Below are positions 21,044 through 31,347 of a stretch of DNA of 64,000 nt, one piece after another; the first letter of the stretch is position 1, and every line of letters begins with the position of its first letter. A model generated the notes under the pieces. That model made no database searches. It was not told the origin of the DNA and worked only from the letters and a program-made list of their open reading frames with translations. The translations under genes were made by a program, and so were the position numbers. The DNA lies in NCBI GenBank assembly GCA_963666975.2, contig CAXVYR010000003.1, positions 1,280,001 to 1,344,000 on the forward strand, given 5' to 3'. The DNA comes from Terriglobia bacterium. Lineage in GTDB: Bacteria > Acidobacteriota > Terriglobia > 2-12-FULL-54-10.

Positions 21044-22738
21044 TCAGTCGCGGGAGGCGTTGATTTCGAGGAAAGCCTTGAGCTTGCGGCTCCGAGAGGG
21101 ATGGCGCAGTTTACGTAACGCCTTGGCCTCAATCTGCCGGATGCGTTCCCGTGTTACAGCGAAGCTCTGCCCCACCTCTTCCAGGGTGCGCTCGCTGCCA
21201 TCTTCCAGCCCGAAGCGCATTTTGATGACTTTTTCTTCGCGCGGAGTCAAAGTTTTGAGCACCCCGGCGGTCTGTTCTTTCAGATTGACGTTGATGACCG
21301 CTTCTGCCGGCGAGACAGCTGCCTGATCCTCAATGAAGTCGCCCAGGTGAGAATCCTCCTCCTCCCCAATAGGCGTCTCCAGTGAAATGGGTTCCTGGGC
21401 AATCTTAAGGACCTTCCGCACCTTGCCCACGGGAATATCCATCCGTTTGCCGATCTCTTCGCTGGTCGGCTCCCGGCCGTATTCCTGGACCAGTTGTCGC
21501 GAGGTGCGGATCAGCTTGTTGATGGTTTCAATCATGTGCACCGGAATGCGGATGGTGCGCGCCTGGTCGGCAATCGCCCGAGTGATGGCCTGGCGAATCC
21601 ACCATGTGGCGTAGGTGGAAAACTTGTAACCTCTGCGGTATTCGAACTTGTCTACCGCCTTCATCAATCCGATGTTGCCTTCCTGGATGAGGTCCAGGAA
21701 CTGCAAACCCCGGTTGGTATACTTTTTGGCGATGGAAACTACCAGCCGCAAATTGGCCTCTGTCAGATCCTGCTTGGCAATCTCGGCGTCCCGCTCCCCT
21801 TCAGCGAGGATTTGAAGAGTCCGGCGCAACTCGGCAGACTTGGCTCCGGATTCCTCCTCAATGGCGGAAATCAGGCTCTTGGCCTGATTCAGGCTTTTGC
21901 GCAATTCCTTGGCCGTGTCACCCTTGGCCGAATTCAGCCGCGTCTCAATCCGCTTCCGCTCCCGTTCCAGCGATTGAAGCGAATACACGGTGCGGTAGAC
22001 CTTTTCGATCAGGCGCTTGCGTTCCGTGTGCGTGAACTCGATCCCCCGGATCATCTGGGATATCCGGATCCGGAGGCGCGCCAGCCGGAAGCGAGCCCTT
22101 CGAAATTCCTTCGGTTTCTTTGTCCTCGGAATCTTCTCCAGGCGCAGTTTCGACTGCTGCATCTTTTTGTAGAGCTTGCTGATCTCTTCAATGGTTTCGC
22201 AGACCTCTTCCAGCTTCTCCTGGACGCGCTCCTCGGTTAATTCATCGTCATTGAAGACCACCAATTCTTTGATTGTCCTGGCGGAGGAGCGCAGGTCTTT
22301 TCCCAGAAGAAGAAGCTCTTGGACGATGATGGGGGACCGGGATATCACCTTCAGGACATTGTTTTGTCCCTGCTCGATGCGTTTGGCTATCTCTACTTCT
22401 CCATTGCGGGTCAGCAGCGGCACGGTCCCCATCTCGCGCAAGTACATACGCACCGGATCGTTGGTTTTCTCAAGGGAGCCCGGGCTGAGGTCCAACTCCG
22501 CATCCTCGCCGGCGTCGTCCAGCCTGGCCTCCATCTTCCCGTCCGGCGACAGTTTCGGGCTTTCCTCGACGACTTCAATACCCGCCGTCCCAAAAGTGGC
22601 CAGGATGTCCTCTATCTCTTCCGAGTTGCTGATGTCGGCCGGCAACAGCTCATTGACTTCGTCGTAGAGCAAATAACCCTTTTCTTTTCCCAAGGCGATC
22701 AGTTCCATCACCTGATCATATTTGTCTTCGATACCCAA
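21044..22738 (-). CDS. rpoD: RNA polymerase primary sigma factor
   Basis: [59 protein letters not shown]. Confidence 0.98.
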   Translation of the reverse strand: MGIEDKYDQVMELIALGKEKGYLLYDEVNELLPADISNSEEIEDILATFGTAGIEVVEESPKLSPDGKMEARLDDAGEDAELDLSPGSLEKTNDPVRMYLREMGTVPLLTRNGEVEIAKRIEQGQNNVLKVISRSPIIVQELLLLGKDLRSSARTIKELVVFNDDELTEERVQEKLEEVCETIEEISKLYKKMQQSKLRLEKIPRTKKPKEFRRARFRLARLRIRISQMIRGIEFTHTERKRLIEKVYRTVYSLQSLERERKRIETRLNSAKGDTAKELRKSLNQAKSLISAIEEESGAKSAELRRTLQILAEGERDAEIAKQDLTEANLRLVVSIAKKYTNRGLQFLDLIQEGNIGLMKAVDKFEYRRGYKFSTYATWWIRQAITRAIADQARTIRIPVHMIETINKLIRTSRQLVQEYGREPTSEEIGKRMDIPVGKVRKVLKIAQEPISLETPIGEEEDSHLGDFIEDQAAVSPAEAVINVNLKEQTAGVLKTLTPREEKVIKMRFGLEDGSERTLEEVGQSFAVTRERIRQIEAKALRKLRHPSRSRKLKAFLEINASRD

Positions 22739-23000
22739 CTGACTCTCCTCAACAACGCCCCCACCCGGGGCCAGGAAAAATGTTTTGATAGTTGTCCTGC
22801 TTGTTTCGTTCCAAGCCTGTGGCCCGCAGCGTGGACTCCAGACTTGTTAACCGTTTCTACTCCACTTAAGGCCATAACGCTCAAGGTTCCCTCCCAAGGC
22901 AAGGCACCCGTAGCATTTGAGGGCCTGTAAAATACAAGCCTGTCTTTTTATGAGATGTAGAAAGTCCCTGTAGGGGTGTCCGGAACGGCCATAAAACTTC

Positions 23001-24764
23001 TTATTGTAACAACTCTGTTAGCCGCCTGTCAATATCCTGCTGTTCTCGGAGTAGTTCCATGGTTAACTGGCCGTCACTTTGTTTCTGCGCCTGCTGTATC
23101 CTATGCTGTAGTGACACTCTTTCCCTCTGCATGCGTTTCCGTTCCAGGGCCAATATATAAGTGCTTACTTCGTCTATATTTACAGGTCTAGCCTCCTTGT
23201 CGAACACGATTTCTGCCAGAATGCGCTGTTGGGCTTCTTCTAATCGGTCTGCCAGGGAAGCCATGGCGGGAGCGCCCCCTCCCTCGATCATGCCCACAAG
23301 AGCAGACACAATTGTTCCTGCCTCAAACTCGGGCAACAAGTTCTTTTGCCTCAGCACGGGAACAACCTCCTGCCTTGCTTCCTCGCTGCCCAGTAACAGG
23401 CGAATCAACATCGCCTCCGCCGACGGAATCCGGGCAGCCGCCCGAGGTAGCTGAAAAGATTCCCGCCGCGCTACTGCCGCCTCGCGGAATGTATCCCATA
23501 CGATACCGGGGCTCACGTCTATCTTTTGAGCAATATCGGCAACCAGCTCCGCCCGGATGAGCTTATTGGGCACCTTAGCCACAAAAGGCAGGGCGAAGTT
23601 CAGGCCTGCTACCTTGGCCTCCGGTGTTGACTTTCCGTGCATCTCCAGGACACGTGCCGCCAAATAGCGAAAGAAAGGTTCCGCCTCGGCCAGACGGGCG
23701 CGATAGGCCTCGCCGCCCTTTTTCTGAGTGAATTGGTCGGGGTCCATATTTTCTTCCAGCCGCAAGACCCGAACGCTCATCTCTTCTTCCAGCAGGACCG
23801 ATAACGAGCGGTCTGTCGCTGTTTTTCCAGCCGAGTCCGGATCGTAATTGACAACCACTTCGCGTCCATAACGAGAAAGCTTTTGGACCTGCCACTGGGT
23901 AAGACTGGTCCCGCAACTGGCCACCACGTTTCGAACTCCTGCCTGATAAACCGCAATGGCATCCATGTACCCCTCCACCAGGACCGCGCTGTTGGAACCC
24001 CGGATAGCCTCGCGCGCCCGAAAGAGGTTATAAAGAATGTGGCTTTTGGAGTAAAGAGGAGTTTCCGGCGAGTTGAGATACTTGGGCTGCTCGGAACCAA
24101 CCGCCCGGCCAGCGAAGGCGACGACCTTCCCATTTTCCGCCTCAATGGGGAATATCCAGCGGTTGCGGAACCGGTCCCGAAATCCGCCGCCGTCGCGCCG
24201 CAAGAGCAATCCACTTTCCTCCAGGACTTTCTCCGGAAACCCTTCCTTGAGCAGGAAGCTTGCCAGGGAACTTCCCTTGCCTGGAGCAAATCCCAGACCG
24301 AATTCCTCCACCGTCTCCGCCCTAACCCCTCGTTTGCGGATAATTTCGCGCAGCGGGGAAGCTTCCGACGATTGCAGTTGTTTCCGGTAGAAGTCCAGAG
24401 CGCGCTGATGAAGCTCCTGCAAGGCGGCACGCAAACGCGCCTCGGGGCTGCTGGACCCGCCACTGGGAACGTCCTGGGGAACCGGAATCCCCGCCAGTTG
24501 CGCCACGCGCCGCACAGCTTCCGGAAACGAGAGCCGCTCCGTCGCCATGACGAACTGGAAGACATCCCCTTTGGCTCCGCAGCCAAAGCAGTAGTAAAAC
24601 TGCCGCGCCGCATGCACCGAAAAGGAAGGAGTCTTTTCCTGATGAAAGGGGCACAAACCCAGATAGTTGTTGCCGCTCTTCTTCAGCCGAACCTGCTCGC
24701 CGATGACGCGAACAATATCGGCGGCGCTTTTTACATGCTGTGCGAAATCACTGGGCAGGGCCAT
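23001..24764 (-). CDS. dnaG: DNA primase
   Basis: CPFHQEKTPSF zinc finger, KYLNSPET, VEGYMD, DPDSAG toprim; upstream of rpoD. Confidence 0.97.
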   Translation of the reverse strand: MALPSDFAQHVKSAADIVRVIGEQVRLKKSGNNYLGLCPFHQEKTPSFSVHAARQFYYCFGCGAKGDVFQFVMATERLSFPEAVRRVAQLAGIPVPQDVPSGGSSSPEARLRAALQELHQRALDFYRKQLQSSEASPLREIIRKRGVRAETVEEFGLGFAPGKGSSLASFLLKEGFPEKVLEESGLLLRRDGGGFRDRFRNRWIFPIEAENGKVVAFAGRAVGSEQPKYLNSPETPLYSKSHILYNLFRAREAIRGSNSAVLVEGYMDAIAVYQAGVRNVVASCGTSLTQWQVQKLSRYGREVVVNYDPDSAGKTATDRSLSVLLEEEMSVRVLRLEENMDPDQFTQKKGGEAYRARLAEAEPFFRYLAARVLEMHGKSTPEAKVAGLNFALPFVAKVPNKLIRAELVADIAQKIDVSPGIVWDTFREAAVARRESFQLPRAAARIPSAEAMLIRLLLGSEEARQEVVPVLRQKNLLPEFEAGTIVSALVGMIEGGGAPAMASLADRLEEAQQRILAEIVFDKEARPVNIDEVSTYILALERKRMQRERVSLQHRIQQAQKQSDGQLTMELLREQQDIDRRLTELLQ

Positions 24765-24870
24765 GGGTCCACAGATTATACAGCTTCGGCAAAATCGAGG
24801 GATTCAGTATTCTCGGTTCTTTCGGTCGCGTTCGAAGCGGTTTTCCTCCTGAGTTCCGAATCCTGCCGCC

Positions 24871-25419
24871 ATCCGAGCCGCGACAGTAATGGAGCACCCT
24901 GCCAACCTGGCTCACCAGGAACAGCTCGGGATCATAGCCACCGCTTCAGACATCAAATCGGTTTGGGCATCGCTATCGTTCGGACAACTTGCCAAAATCA
25001 CAGACCCAGCGCCAAATTGTACATATTTCGCTGTGGGTCACGGTTGCCGTCCTGAGCAACCGCTCCATTACTGTCGCGGCTCGGATGGGGTTGTGCCTTC
25101 GATAACTGCGATCTCCTCTTCCGTCAGGCCGTACAACTCATACACCAGCCGGTCAATCTCCGCGTCGGTCGAGTTAATCTGGCGCTGGAGAACAGCCTTC
25201 TGGGCTGCTGCTTTAATCAGAGCCGCGACTGTGAAGGCGCGTTCACACAACCAACATAATCCCGCAACGCCTGAGCGATCATTGCGACTCTCGGTTTTGT
25301 CATCCCCCATTACTTCCACGTTCGTTGACCAAGCAACGAATCTCGGTTCCCACCCGACGTTCGGTGGCCGCTCCATGACTGTCCCCTCGGCTTTGCTCGG
25401 GGCAGGCGCGGCTCGGATC
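24871..25419. repeat. Cluster of four REP-like repeats (family B, CCGCTCC-N7-TCGCGGCTCGGAT) in alternating orientation
   Basis: Copies at ~24871-24895 (rev), 25060-25086, 25218-25241 (rev), 25368-25419 (with nested insert). Confidence 0.75.
25087..25217 (-). pseudogene. C-terminal remnant of a type IIG-like restriction-modification enzyme
   Basis: LQRQINSTDAEIDRLVYELYGLTEEEIAVIEG is the characteristic tail of Eco57I/TaqI-like RM proteins; only ~40 codons, bounded by REP copies. Confidence 0.7.
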
Positions 25420-27979
25420 ATACCTTCAACTCAACAATCGTTGCCCCGGCTCCTCCTTCATTCTGGGGAGCCGTGGAAAATTTCTCCACGTGCGGATGTT
25501 CGGCAAACATTTCCGCCAGGGTTTTCCGCAGGATTCCCTTTCCGCTCCCATGGACGATCCGCACCTGTGACAGTTGCGCCAGGAAGGCATTATCCAAAAA
25601 TTTGTCCACGCGCCGCCGGGCTTCCTCCGCTGTCTCCCCGATGACGTTGATCTCCGAAAGAGAGCCTTTGGCCGCCGTTTCCATCCGGATGCTCACTGCC
25701 TGCGGCGCAAAATCCTTTTTGGCAGGAGTGGCGGGGATCACTTCCTCTATATCCTCTGCGGGAACCCTGGTGTGCAGGCGACCGATCTCCACCTCCAGCC
25801 AATCCTGCGTCCTGTTGCGGACAGTGCCCACCTTGCCGAAACTTTTTAATCTTACATGGTCGCCCACTCGCGCTTCCGGCTTCGCTTCTGTTAGGCCGGG
25901 ATCAGTTACCCCTTCCCCGGCGAGGTGGCCGACCACGGTTTGCCGCAACTCTTCGGCGGCCTGCTGGCGGAGCCGGGACGCCATGCGTGCGGCCTCTCGC
26001 TGGGGGTCCGTCCGGCGCGCACGTCCAGTCGCACTCCCGGTCACATGAGTGGTCGCATGAGTGGCCGCCTGCGCGCTGACTTCGCGCAGCTTCTGCGCGG
26101 CTTGTTCTTCAAAACTTTGCCAGAGCGATTCCAGTTGCCGCTCCCACTGCCGGGTCCGCTCGGCTTCTCGCTGACGGAGCATTGCATTCCATTCTTTCTC
26201 TTGTTGTGCCAGCGCGGCTTGTTTTGCCTCCAACTCGGCGCGCACGCGAATGGAGGCGTCCTCCGCGCCCCGCAACCGGGCCAGGAGATCCTCCACCTCC
26301 GCATGGGCGGAGGTCAAAGCCAGCCGAGCCCGCTCCAGCACCTCCGGCTGAAGTCCCAGTCTTTGGGCAATGGCAAGCCCGCTCGACTTTCCGGGCCATC
26401 CCATCTCCAGACGGTACGTCGGCTGGAGCGTCTCCTCGTCAAAACCCATGCTGGCATTTTTCACCCCGGCGGTGTTGGTCGCATAGGCCTTCAGCGCCAG
26501 ATGATGAGTAGAAACAATGGCAAAGGCGCCGGCGGATCGAAAGCTGTCCACCACGGCCACGCCCAAGGCCCCGGCCTCCTCCGGGTCGGTGGCGGAGCCC
26601 ACTTCATCCAGCAGCACGAGCGAGTTCCGGCTGGCCGCCCCAATCATAGAAGAAATGTTCAGCAGATGAGCCGAAAAAGTGCTGAGGCTTTCCTGGATGG
26701 ATTGGTAGTCTCCGATGTCGGCCAGGATGCGGTCGAAAACCGGGAACTCAGCCTCAGCGGCAGGCACCGGCAGACCCGCCAGGGCCATCAGCGCCAGCAG
26801 GCCCGCTGTCTTCAAGGCAACAGTTTTTCCTCCCGTGTTGGGGCCGCTGATGACCAGGACCCGGTCCTCGCCTTCCATCGCCAGCGACACTGGAACTACC
26901 GGCGTTCCCTTTTTCCGCAGGAGGGCTTCGAGCAAAGGGTGTCTGGCGTCTTGCAAGACAAGGCGTGCAGGACCGGAGGCGGGACTGAACCGGGGAATGA
27001 CGCAGTCATAATCAATGGCAAACCGACCGCAGGCAAATGCCAGGTCCAGCACTCCCAAACAGTCGGCCGTCTCGGAAAGCTCACGCGCCTGCTGCCGCAA
27101 GTGGTAAGTCATCTCGGTCAAAATTCTGAAAATTTCCCGCTTCTCTTCCTCCATCAAGCGGACCAATTCGTTATTCAGGTCCATGGTCTCCAGCGGCTCA
27201 ACGTAAACCGTCTGGCCGCTGGAGCTGGAGCCGTGCACGATGCCCTTTACCCGTCCCTTGCGTTCCACGCGAACCGGCACCACAAACCGCTCGCCGCGGA
27301 TGGTAATGATCTGCTCCTGCGCAGAAGCTTCTTCCGTCTGGCTCCGCAGGAAGTTGCGGAGAGAGGAATGTATCAGTGCTCTCTGCTTTTCCTCTTCCCG
27401 CCGAATTCGTTTCAGCTCCGGGCTGGCATGGTCGTCCAGCTCGCCCGAGGGCAGAATTTTTCCACGCAACTGCTTCAGCAGGAAATGGAAATCACCGATG
27501 CGCGAAGCCTGTTCAGCCAGCCGGTCAAACCTGCCGGCGACCGCGAGCAGGTTTCGCTTGATATTAGACGCTTTTTCGGCAAGGGCGAGCAGTTCCACGA
27601 TCTCCGAAATTTCGAGCGTTCCCCCATCCAGCGCTGCTTTGGAAAGTGCCGGATCAGGATCGGTCAAGCCTGAGAAATTCAGCGGCAGGGTAGGAGATGG
27701 CTCGTCACGCGGCAGCAAAATGGCTCTGCTGGTTCCAGGCCGCTGTTGTTGCCAGACACTTTTGCTTTTTGCTTCCTGCGACTCTCGATTTAACCCAATA
27801 TTGGACCGCAGATATTCCCTGGCTTGTTCCGCAAGCTGCTGCCTGGCGGTAATCACATCCAGTTCCTGCAAGAGAACCAATGAACGCAGCTTGGCCTTTC
27901 CCAGCGGGCAGCGGACATAGCTCTCCAGCAGCGATAACAGCTCGTCGAATTCCAACAGCTTGAAAGTGTCTGCACTCAT
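25418..27979 (-). CDS. mutS2: Endonuclease MutS2
   Basis: ISGPNTGGKT, ADIGDYQSI, LLDEVGSATDP, C-terminal Smr domain IVHGSGKGILR...GGAGAT. Confidence 0.96.
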   Translation of the reverse strand: MSADTFKLLEFDELLSLLESYVRCPLGKAKLRSLVLLQELDVITARQQLAEQAREYLRSNIGLNRESQEAKSKSVWQQQRPGTSRAILLPRDEPSPTLPLNFSGLTDPDPALSKAALDGGTLEISEIVELLALAEKASNIKRNLLAVAGRFDRLAEQASRIGDFHFLLKQLRGKILPSGELDDHASPELKRIRREEEKQRALIHSSLRNFLRSQTEEASAQEQIITIRGERFVVPVRVERKGRVKGIVHGSSSSGQTVYVEPLETMDLNNELVRLMEEEKREIFRILTEMTYHLRQQARELSETADCLGVLDLAFACGRFAIDYDCVIPRFSPASGPARLVLQDARHPLLEALLRKKGTPVVPVSLAMEGEDRVLVISGPNTGGKTVALKTAGLLALMALAGLPVPAAEAEFPVFDRILADIGDYQSIQESLSTFSAHLLNISSMIGAASRNSLVLLDEVGSATDPEEAGALGVAVVDSFRSAGAFAIVSTHHLALKAYATNTAGVKNASMGFDEETLQPTYRLEMGWPGKSSGLAIAQRLGLQPEVLERARLALTSAHAEVEDLLARLRGAEDASIRVRAELEAKQAALAQQEKEWNAMLRQREAERTRQWERQLESLWQSFEEQAAQKLREVSAQAATHATTHVTGSATGRARRTDPQREAARMASRLRQQAAEELRQTVVGHLAGEGVTDPGLTEAKPEARVGDHVRLKSFGKVGTVRNRTQDWLEVEIGRLHTRVPAEDIEEVIPATPAKKDFAPQAVSIRMETAAKGSLSEINVIGETAEEARRRVDKFLDNAFLAQLSQVRIVHGSGKGILRKTLAEMFAEHPHVEKFSTAPQNEGGAGATIVELKV

Positions 27980-28065
27980 ATCGCCGGATACCGTTCGTGA
28001 AAAGCGGAACCTTCAGAACGCGGCCTGCGCCGGAATGGCAAAAACAACCCGGAACAAAATTCCCC

Positions 28066-28989
28066 TCAGCCCCGTTTCTGGAGCTCCGATACAACCTCCG
28101 CCGGGGGAAGATAACAATTCCGGTTGATGTCACAAACAGCGTGCTCAAACTGGATGGTGGTGTGGCTGATGTGAAACTCCCGCTCCAGCACAGAGTTGAT
28201 CTGTTTCAGGATTTCTTCGCTCTTGGAGGGAGGAATGTCCGCAATGCAAACATGGCAACTCATGGAATGGATACTCGATCCCAAACTCCAAATGTGAACG
28301 TCGTGAACTCCCTCCACCCCCTCAATCCGGAGCATCGCCTGAACTACCGTGTCCAGCCGCAGGCCGCGCGGAAGCCCCTCCAGCAGAATGTTCAGCGTTT
28401 CCCGGATGATGTCCACGCTGCTCCACAGGATCAATCCTCCGATCAGGAAGCTGAGAATCGGGTCGATCTGCTGCCAGCCGGTTCGCTGGATGAGCCAGCC
28501 GCCGATCACGATGCCGCCAGTGGAAACCGCATCGCCCGCCGTGTGGATGAAAGCGCTCCGCACGTTGACGTCCCGGCGGCTCCCCCGGAACAGGGCAATC
28601 GACACGCCGGCGTCCACCACGAAGCCCGCAGCGGCCACCCTCATCATCCACTCCGCATCCACCGGACGGGGACTCTGCAACCGCTGGTAGGCTTCGTAAA
28701 AGATGTACAGCGCGATCACGATCAGCGTGAACGCATTGACAAAAGCCGCCAGAACACCGGCGCGATGGTAGCCATAGGTCTTGGTTTCGTCGGCGGGTTT
28801 GGCCTGCAAGTAAAAGGCAAACCAGGCGAGGAGGAGAGCCAGCGAATCGGAAAAGTTGTGGCCCGCGTCGCTGAGCAGGGCCAGGGAGTTCGTCAGGTAG
28901 CCGGCCACGGCTTCGGCCAGCGCCAGCGCCAGCATCACAAAAATGGAATATTTTAATACCGCGCGGGTGTTGAAGTCGTGAACATGCAT
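28066..28989 (-). CDS. Cation diffusion facilitator (CzcD/ZitB-like) metal exporter
   Basis: SLALLSDAGHNFSD, TYGYHR, SAFIHTAGD, HDVHIWS, HTTIQFE. Confidence 0.93.
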   Translation of the reverse strand: MHVHDFNTRAVLKYSIFVMLALALAEAVAGYLTNSLALLSDAGHNFSDSLALLLAWFAFYLQAKPADETKTYGYHRAGVLAAFVNAFTLIVIALYIFYEAYQRLQSPRPVDAEWMMRVAAAGFVVDAGVSIALFRGSRRDVNVRSAFIHTAGDAVSTGGIVIGGWLIQRTGWQQIDPILSFLIGGLILWSSVDIIRETLNILLEGLPRGLRLDTVVQAMLRIEGVEGVHDVHIWSLGSSIHSMSCHVCIADIPPSKSEEILKQINSVLEREFHISHTTIQFEHAVCDINRNCYLPPAEVVSELQKRG

Positions 28990-29183
28990 GGCGCTGTTTT
29001 TCTTGCCCTCAGTCTACTGGACTAACAATTGACGGGTCAAGGACGGCGGCAACCGGACGCAGCACCCGGACACAGCAACAAAGAACCGGAAAGCAAAACA
29101 GGTAAACAGGAAGCACGAGACGCAAAGGCTGGGAGACAAGTTGGAAGGGGGGAGCGCAGGGCCGCACGCAGAAAATTGAAGGA

Positions 29184-30128
29184 TTAGCCGGGAGGCCTAA
29201 CCGCAAAGTATCCGCGTCGCGCTCTGACACGCAGGTCTTTCTTTTGCGGAATGATTTCGATCTCGTGGTAGGTCCCATCGCGGGGCGTCGTGGACCGGTA
29301 AGAGATGCTGTACTGGCTCCGAAGCTCCGTGTCGATCTCCTGGAATGCCCGGCTCAAATCCTCCATGTTGTGCGGCTGAAAGAACCGCCCTCCGGTCTCC
29401 TCGGCAAACACCTTTAGAACCTTGTCGCCCGGAAACGGGATGCCACGGATATTGGTGCTGATGGTATATAGAATCACTCCGGCCCGCTGCGACATTTCCA
29501 GCGCCTGGAAGCGGGTGGAGCGGCTCTGGTTGTCCTCTCCGTCGCTCAAGACCACCATGGTGCGGCGGACTTGGCTCGCGGGATACGCTTCGTCCATCAT
29601 TTTGTTCTTGCTGCCGAAATAGATCGCATCGTAGAGCGACGTTCCCCCGCCGGGCCGGAGCGACTCGACCGCACCGACCAGCTTGTCTATGTCATCGGTG
29701 AAGTCCTGCACCAACTCGGCCATGCTGTCAAAGCTTCCCAGAAACGCCTGATCCTTTCCGAACCGGACCAAGGAGCGCAAGAAATCCGCCGCAGCCCTTT
29801 GCTCAAACCCAAAGCGGTCCCGGATGCTGTTGCTGGTGTCAATCAGAAGGCCGATGCGAAGCGGGACATCGGTCTCGCGGGAGAAGGCGATAATCTCCTG
29901 CGGCTGCTTCTCCTCCAAAACGCGGAAATCCTCCTGGTTCAGGTCCGTGATTAAGCGGCCCTTCTTGTCGGTGACGATGAACTGGACGTTCACCTCCTCC
30001 ACCAGCACGCGGATGGGAGGAGCTTCTTCCTCCTGGAATACGGGTTCCTGGGAAGCGTCGGGTTGCTGGGCAAAGGCTTGCCCCAGTGAAATCGAAAATA
30101 GAGAAATGGCCAAAAATACGTTGGTCAT
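29184..30128 (-). CDS. Acidobacterial VWA-domain protein
   Basis: VTDKKGRLITDL, IDTSNSI MIDAS, GTSLYDAI, LSDGEDNQS, ELRSQYSISY, VRARRGY. Confidence 0.9.
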   Translation of the reverse strand: MTNVFLAISLFSISLGQAFAQQPDASQEPVFQEEEAPPIRVLVEEVNVQFIVTDKKGRLITDLNQEDFRVLEEKQPQEIIAFSRETDVPLRIGLLIDTSNSIRDRFGFEQRAAADFLRSLVRFGKDQAFLGSFDSMAELVQDFTDDIDKLVGAVESLRPGGGTSLYDAIYFGSKNKMMDEAYPASQVRRTMVVLSDGEDNQSRSTRFQALEMSQRAGVILYTISTNIRGIPFPGDKVLKVFAEETGGRFFQPHNMEDLSRAFQEIDTELRSQYSISYRSTTPRDGTYHEIEIIPQKKDLRVRARRGYFAVRPPG

Positions 30129-30208
30129 ACGGCTGGAAATTATTATAGGCCCTTTGTTTGTACAGGGTCAAACTGAATTGCGGCCGGGGTGAACCTGCCC
30201 GGAAGCAG

Positions 30209-30304
30209 GTGGCCATCACAGCAAATTGGCAGTCAAGATTTGCCGTGGGTTTGTAAATTCGGGAAAAGCTTACGGCGGGAAAAAGCACTCGCCGTAATGG
30301 CTAC
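30209..30304. repeat. GTAG-type REP doublet (REPIN, family A)
   Basis: Two hairpins in inverted orientation around spacer GTTTGTAAATTCGGGAAAAG; matches 38691-38778 and 60311-60388. Confidence 0.8.
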
Positions 30305-31107
30305 ACCGCTTTAGAAAGCTCGTCGACCACATGTTCAATTGCGGCGAGGGCTGAAAGTGCCGTAGCACGACTACACTTCTGTGCCTCCCTTGCAGCCTTG
30401 CCGGGATGAATCAAGTTACGGAACTCTCGGGCTATGCGGCACTGAGCAGCGGTTTCGTCATTGATAATCTTAAGACGATGACAAACCTCTGTAAGTTGAT
30501 GCAGATTCCAATCATTCCTGTCTTTTGGAGGAATTTTAGGGAAACATCCTGAATCTTTTAACGCACTACCTGCATCAGCGACCTTACCAGGGGATTTTGC
30601 GTCGTGTCGCTCGACCGCCCACAATAGAAGCGCCTCAACCACAGAACCGGATACAACCGTGCAACCTTTCCAATCTGCAGCCCAGTACGAGCGATTGGCA
30701 CCTGTGATGTCGAGCCGAAGAGTTTCCTGAAATTGAGAATCCGGTATGAAGGCGAGATCGGCTATAGTCGGCGCAACGACATCATCGGGCAGACTGGCCA
30801 AGTGCTTCCGAAGAAACACGAGTGGATGGATTTCGTTTCGTCCGGACACCTTATCACATGTATGGTTTATGTTCCCTGTCCGCCAAGCATCAACGGCCAC
30901 GCGAATTGTCTCCACCGACTCGCCGTATTCAGCATGCTCGGTTCCTTTTAGTGTGATAATTCCCGGAGGCAACGCTTCGATAAGGTTTAAGAGGTACGAG
31001 AAAGCCGCAGCGTGCAAATATCCTATGGAATGCTGACCGTTCTTCACCTCATTAGGGTATTTCGCATCAAGATACGCAACGATTTCACTCGGAACAGTCA
31101 TTGCCAT
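30301..31107 (-). CDS. Hypothetical protein, lower GC than flanks, C-terminal HEPN-like RNLIHP motif
   Basis: 268-aa ORF; GSVVEALL and REFRNLIHPG resemble HEPN/DUF4145-like domains. Confidence 0.7.
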   Translation of the reverse strand: MAMTVPSEIVAYLDAKYPNEVKNGQHSIGYLHAAAFSYLLNLIEALPPGIITLKGTEHAEYGESVETIRVAVDAWRTGNINHTCDKVSGRNEIHPLVFLRKHLASLPDDVVAPTIADLAFIPDSQFQETLRLDITGANRSYWAADWKGCTVVSGSVVEALLLWAVERHDAKSPGKVADAGSALKDSGCFPKIPPKDRNDWNLHQLTEVCHRLKIINDETAAQCRIAREFRNLIHPGKAAREAQKCSRATALSALAAIEHVVDELSKAV

Positions 31108-31290
31108 TCATTTCGAATCCGCCAAAAAGCTGAAACAGTAGTCTAGCTTCTGGTTAGGCGGATTTGGACTGGTTTTCACTTGGCCAGCCTATCACCAAAT
31201 CTGCAGCGGCGTGCTGAAAATAACTTCTGGAGCCTAATGACATATGGTCGCTGAACGGTTTTGTCGGCATATCCGAAATTGATCATCTAC

Positions 31291-31324
31291 CCGTAGGTTT
31301 GTAAATTCGGGAAAAGCCCACGGC
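31291..31324. repeat. Partial family A REPIN
   Basis: CCGTAGGTTTGTAAATTCGGGAAAAGCCCACGGC, same orientation as the 30243-30276 copy. Confidence 0.8.
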
Positions 31325-31347
31325 CCGCGTTGAGCCTGTTCCGAATG

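Noticed and set aside
24871-25419. Possible CRISPR array or integron attC array
   Set aside because: Repeats alternate in orientation, spacers are 125-165 bp, copies are dispersed across the window, and no cas or integrase gene is present
25925-27673. 582-aa plus-strand ORF (likewise 42019-43341, 43792-45054, 33855-35123, 23883-25055)
   Set aside because: Antisense to well-supported genes; expected in GC-rich DNA
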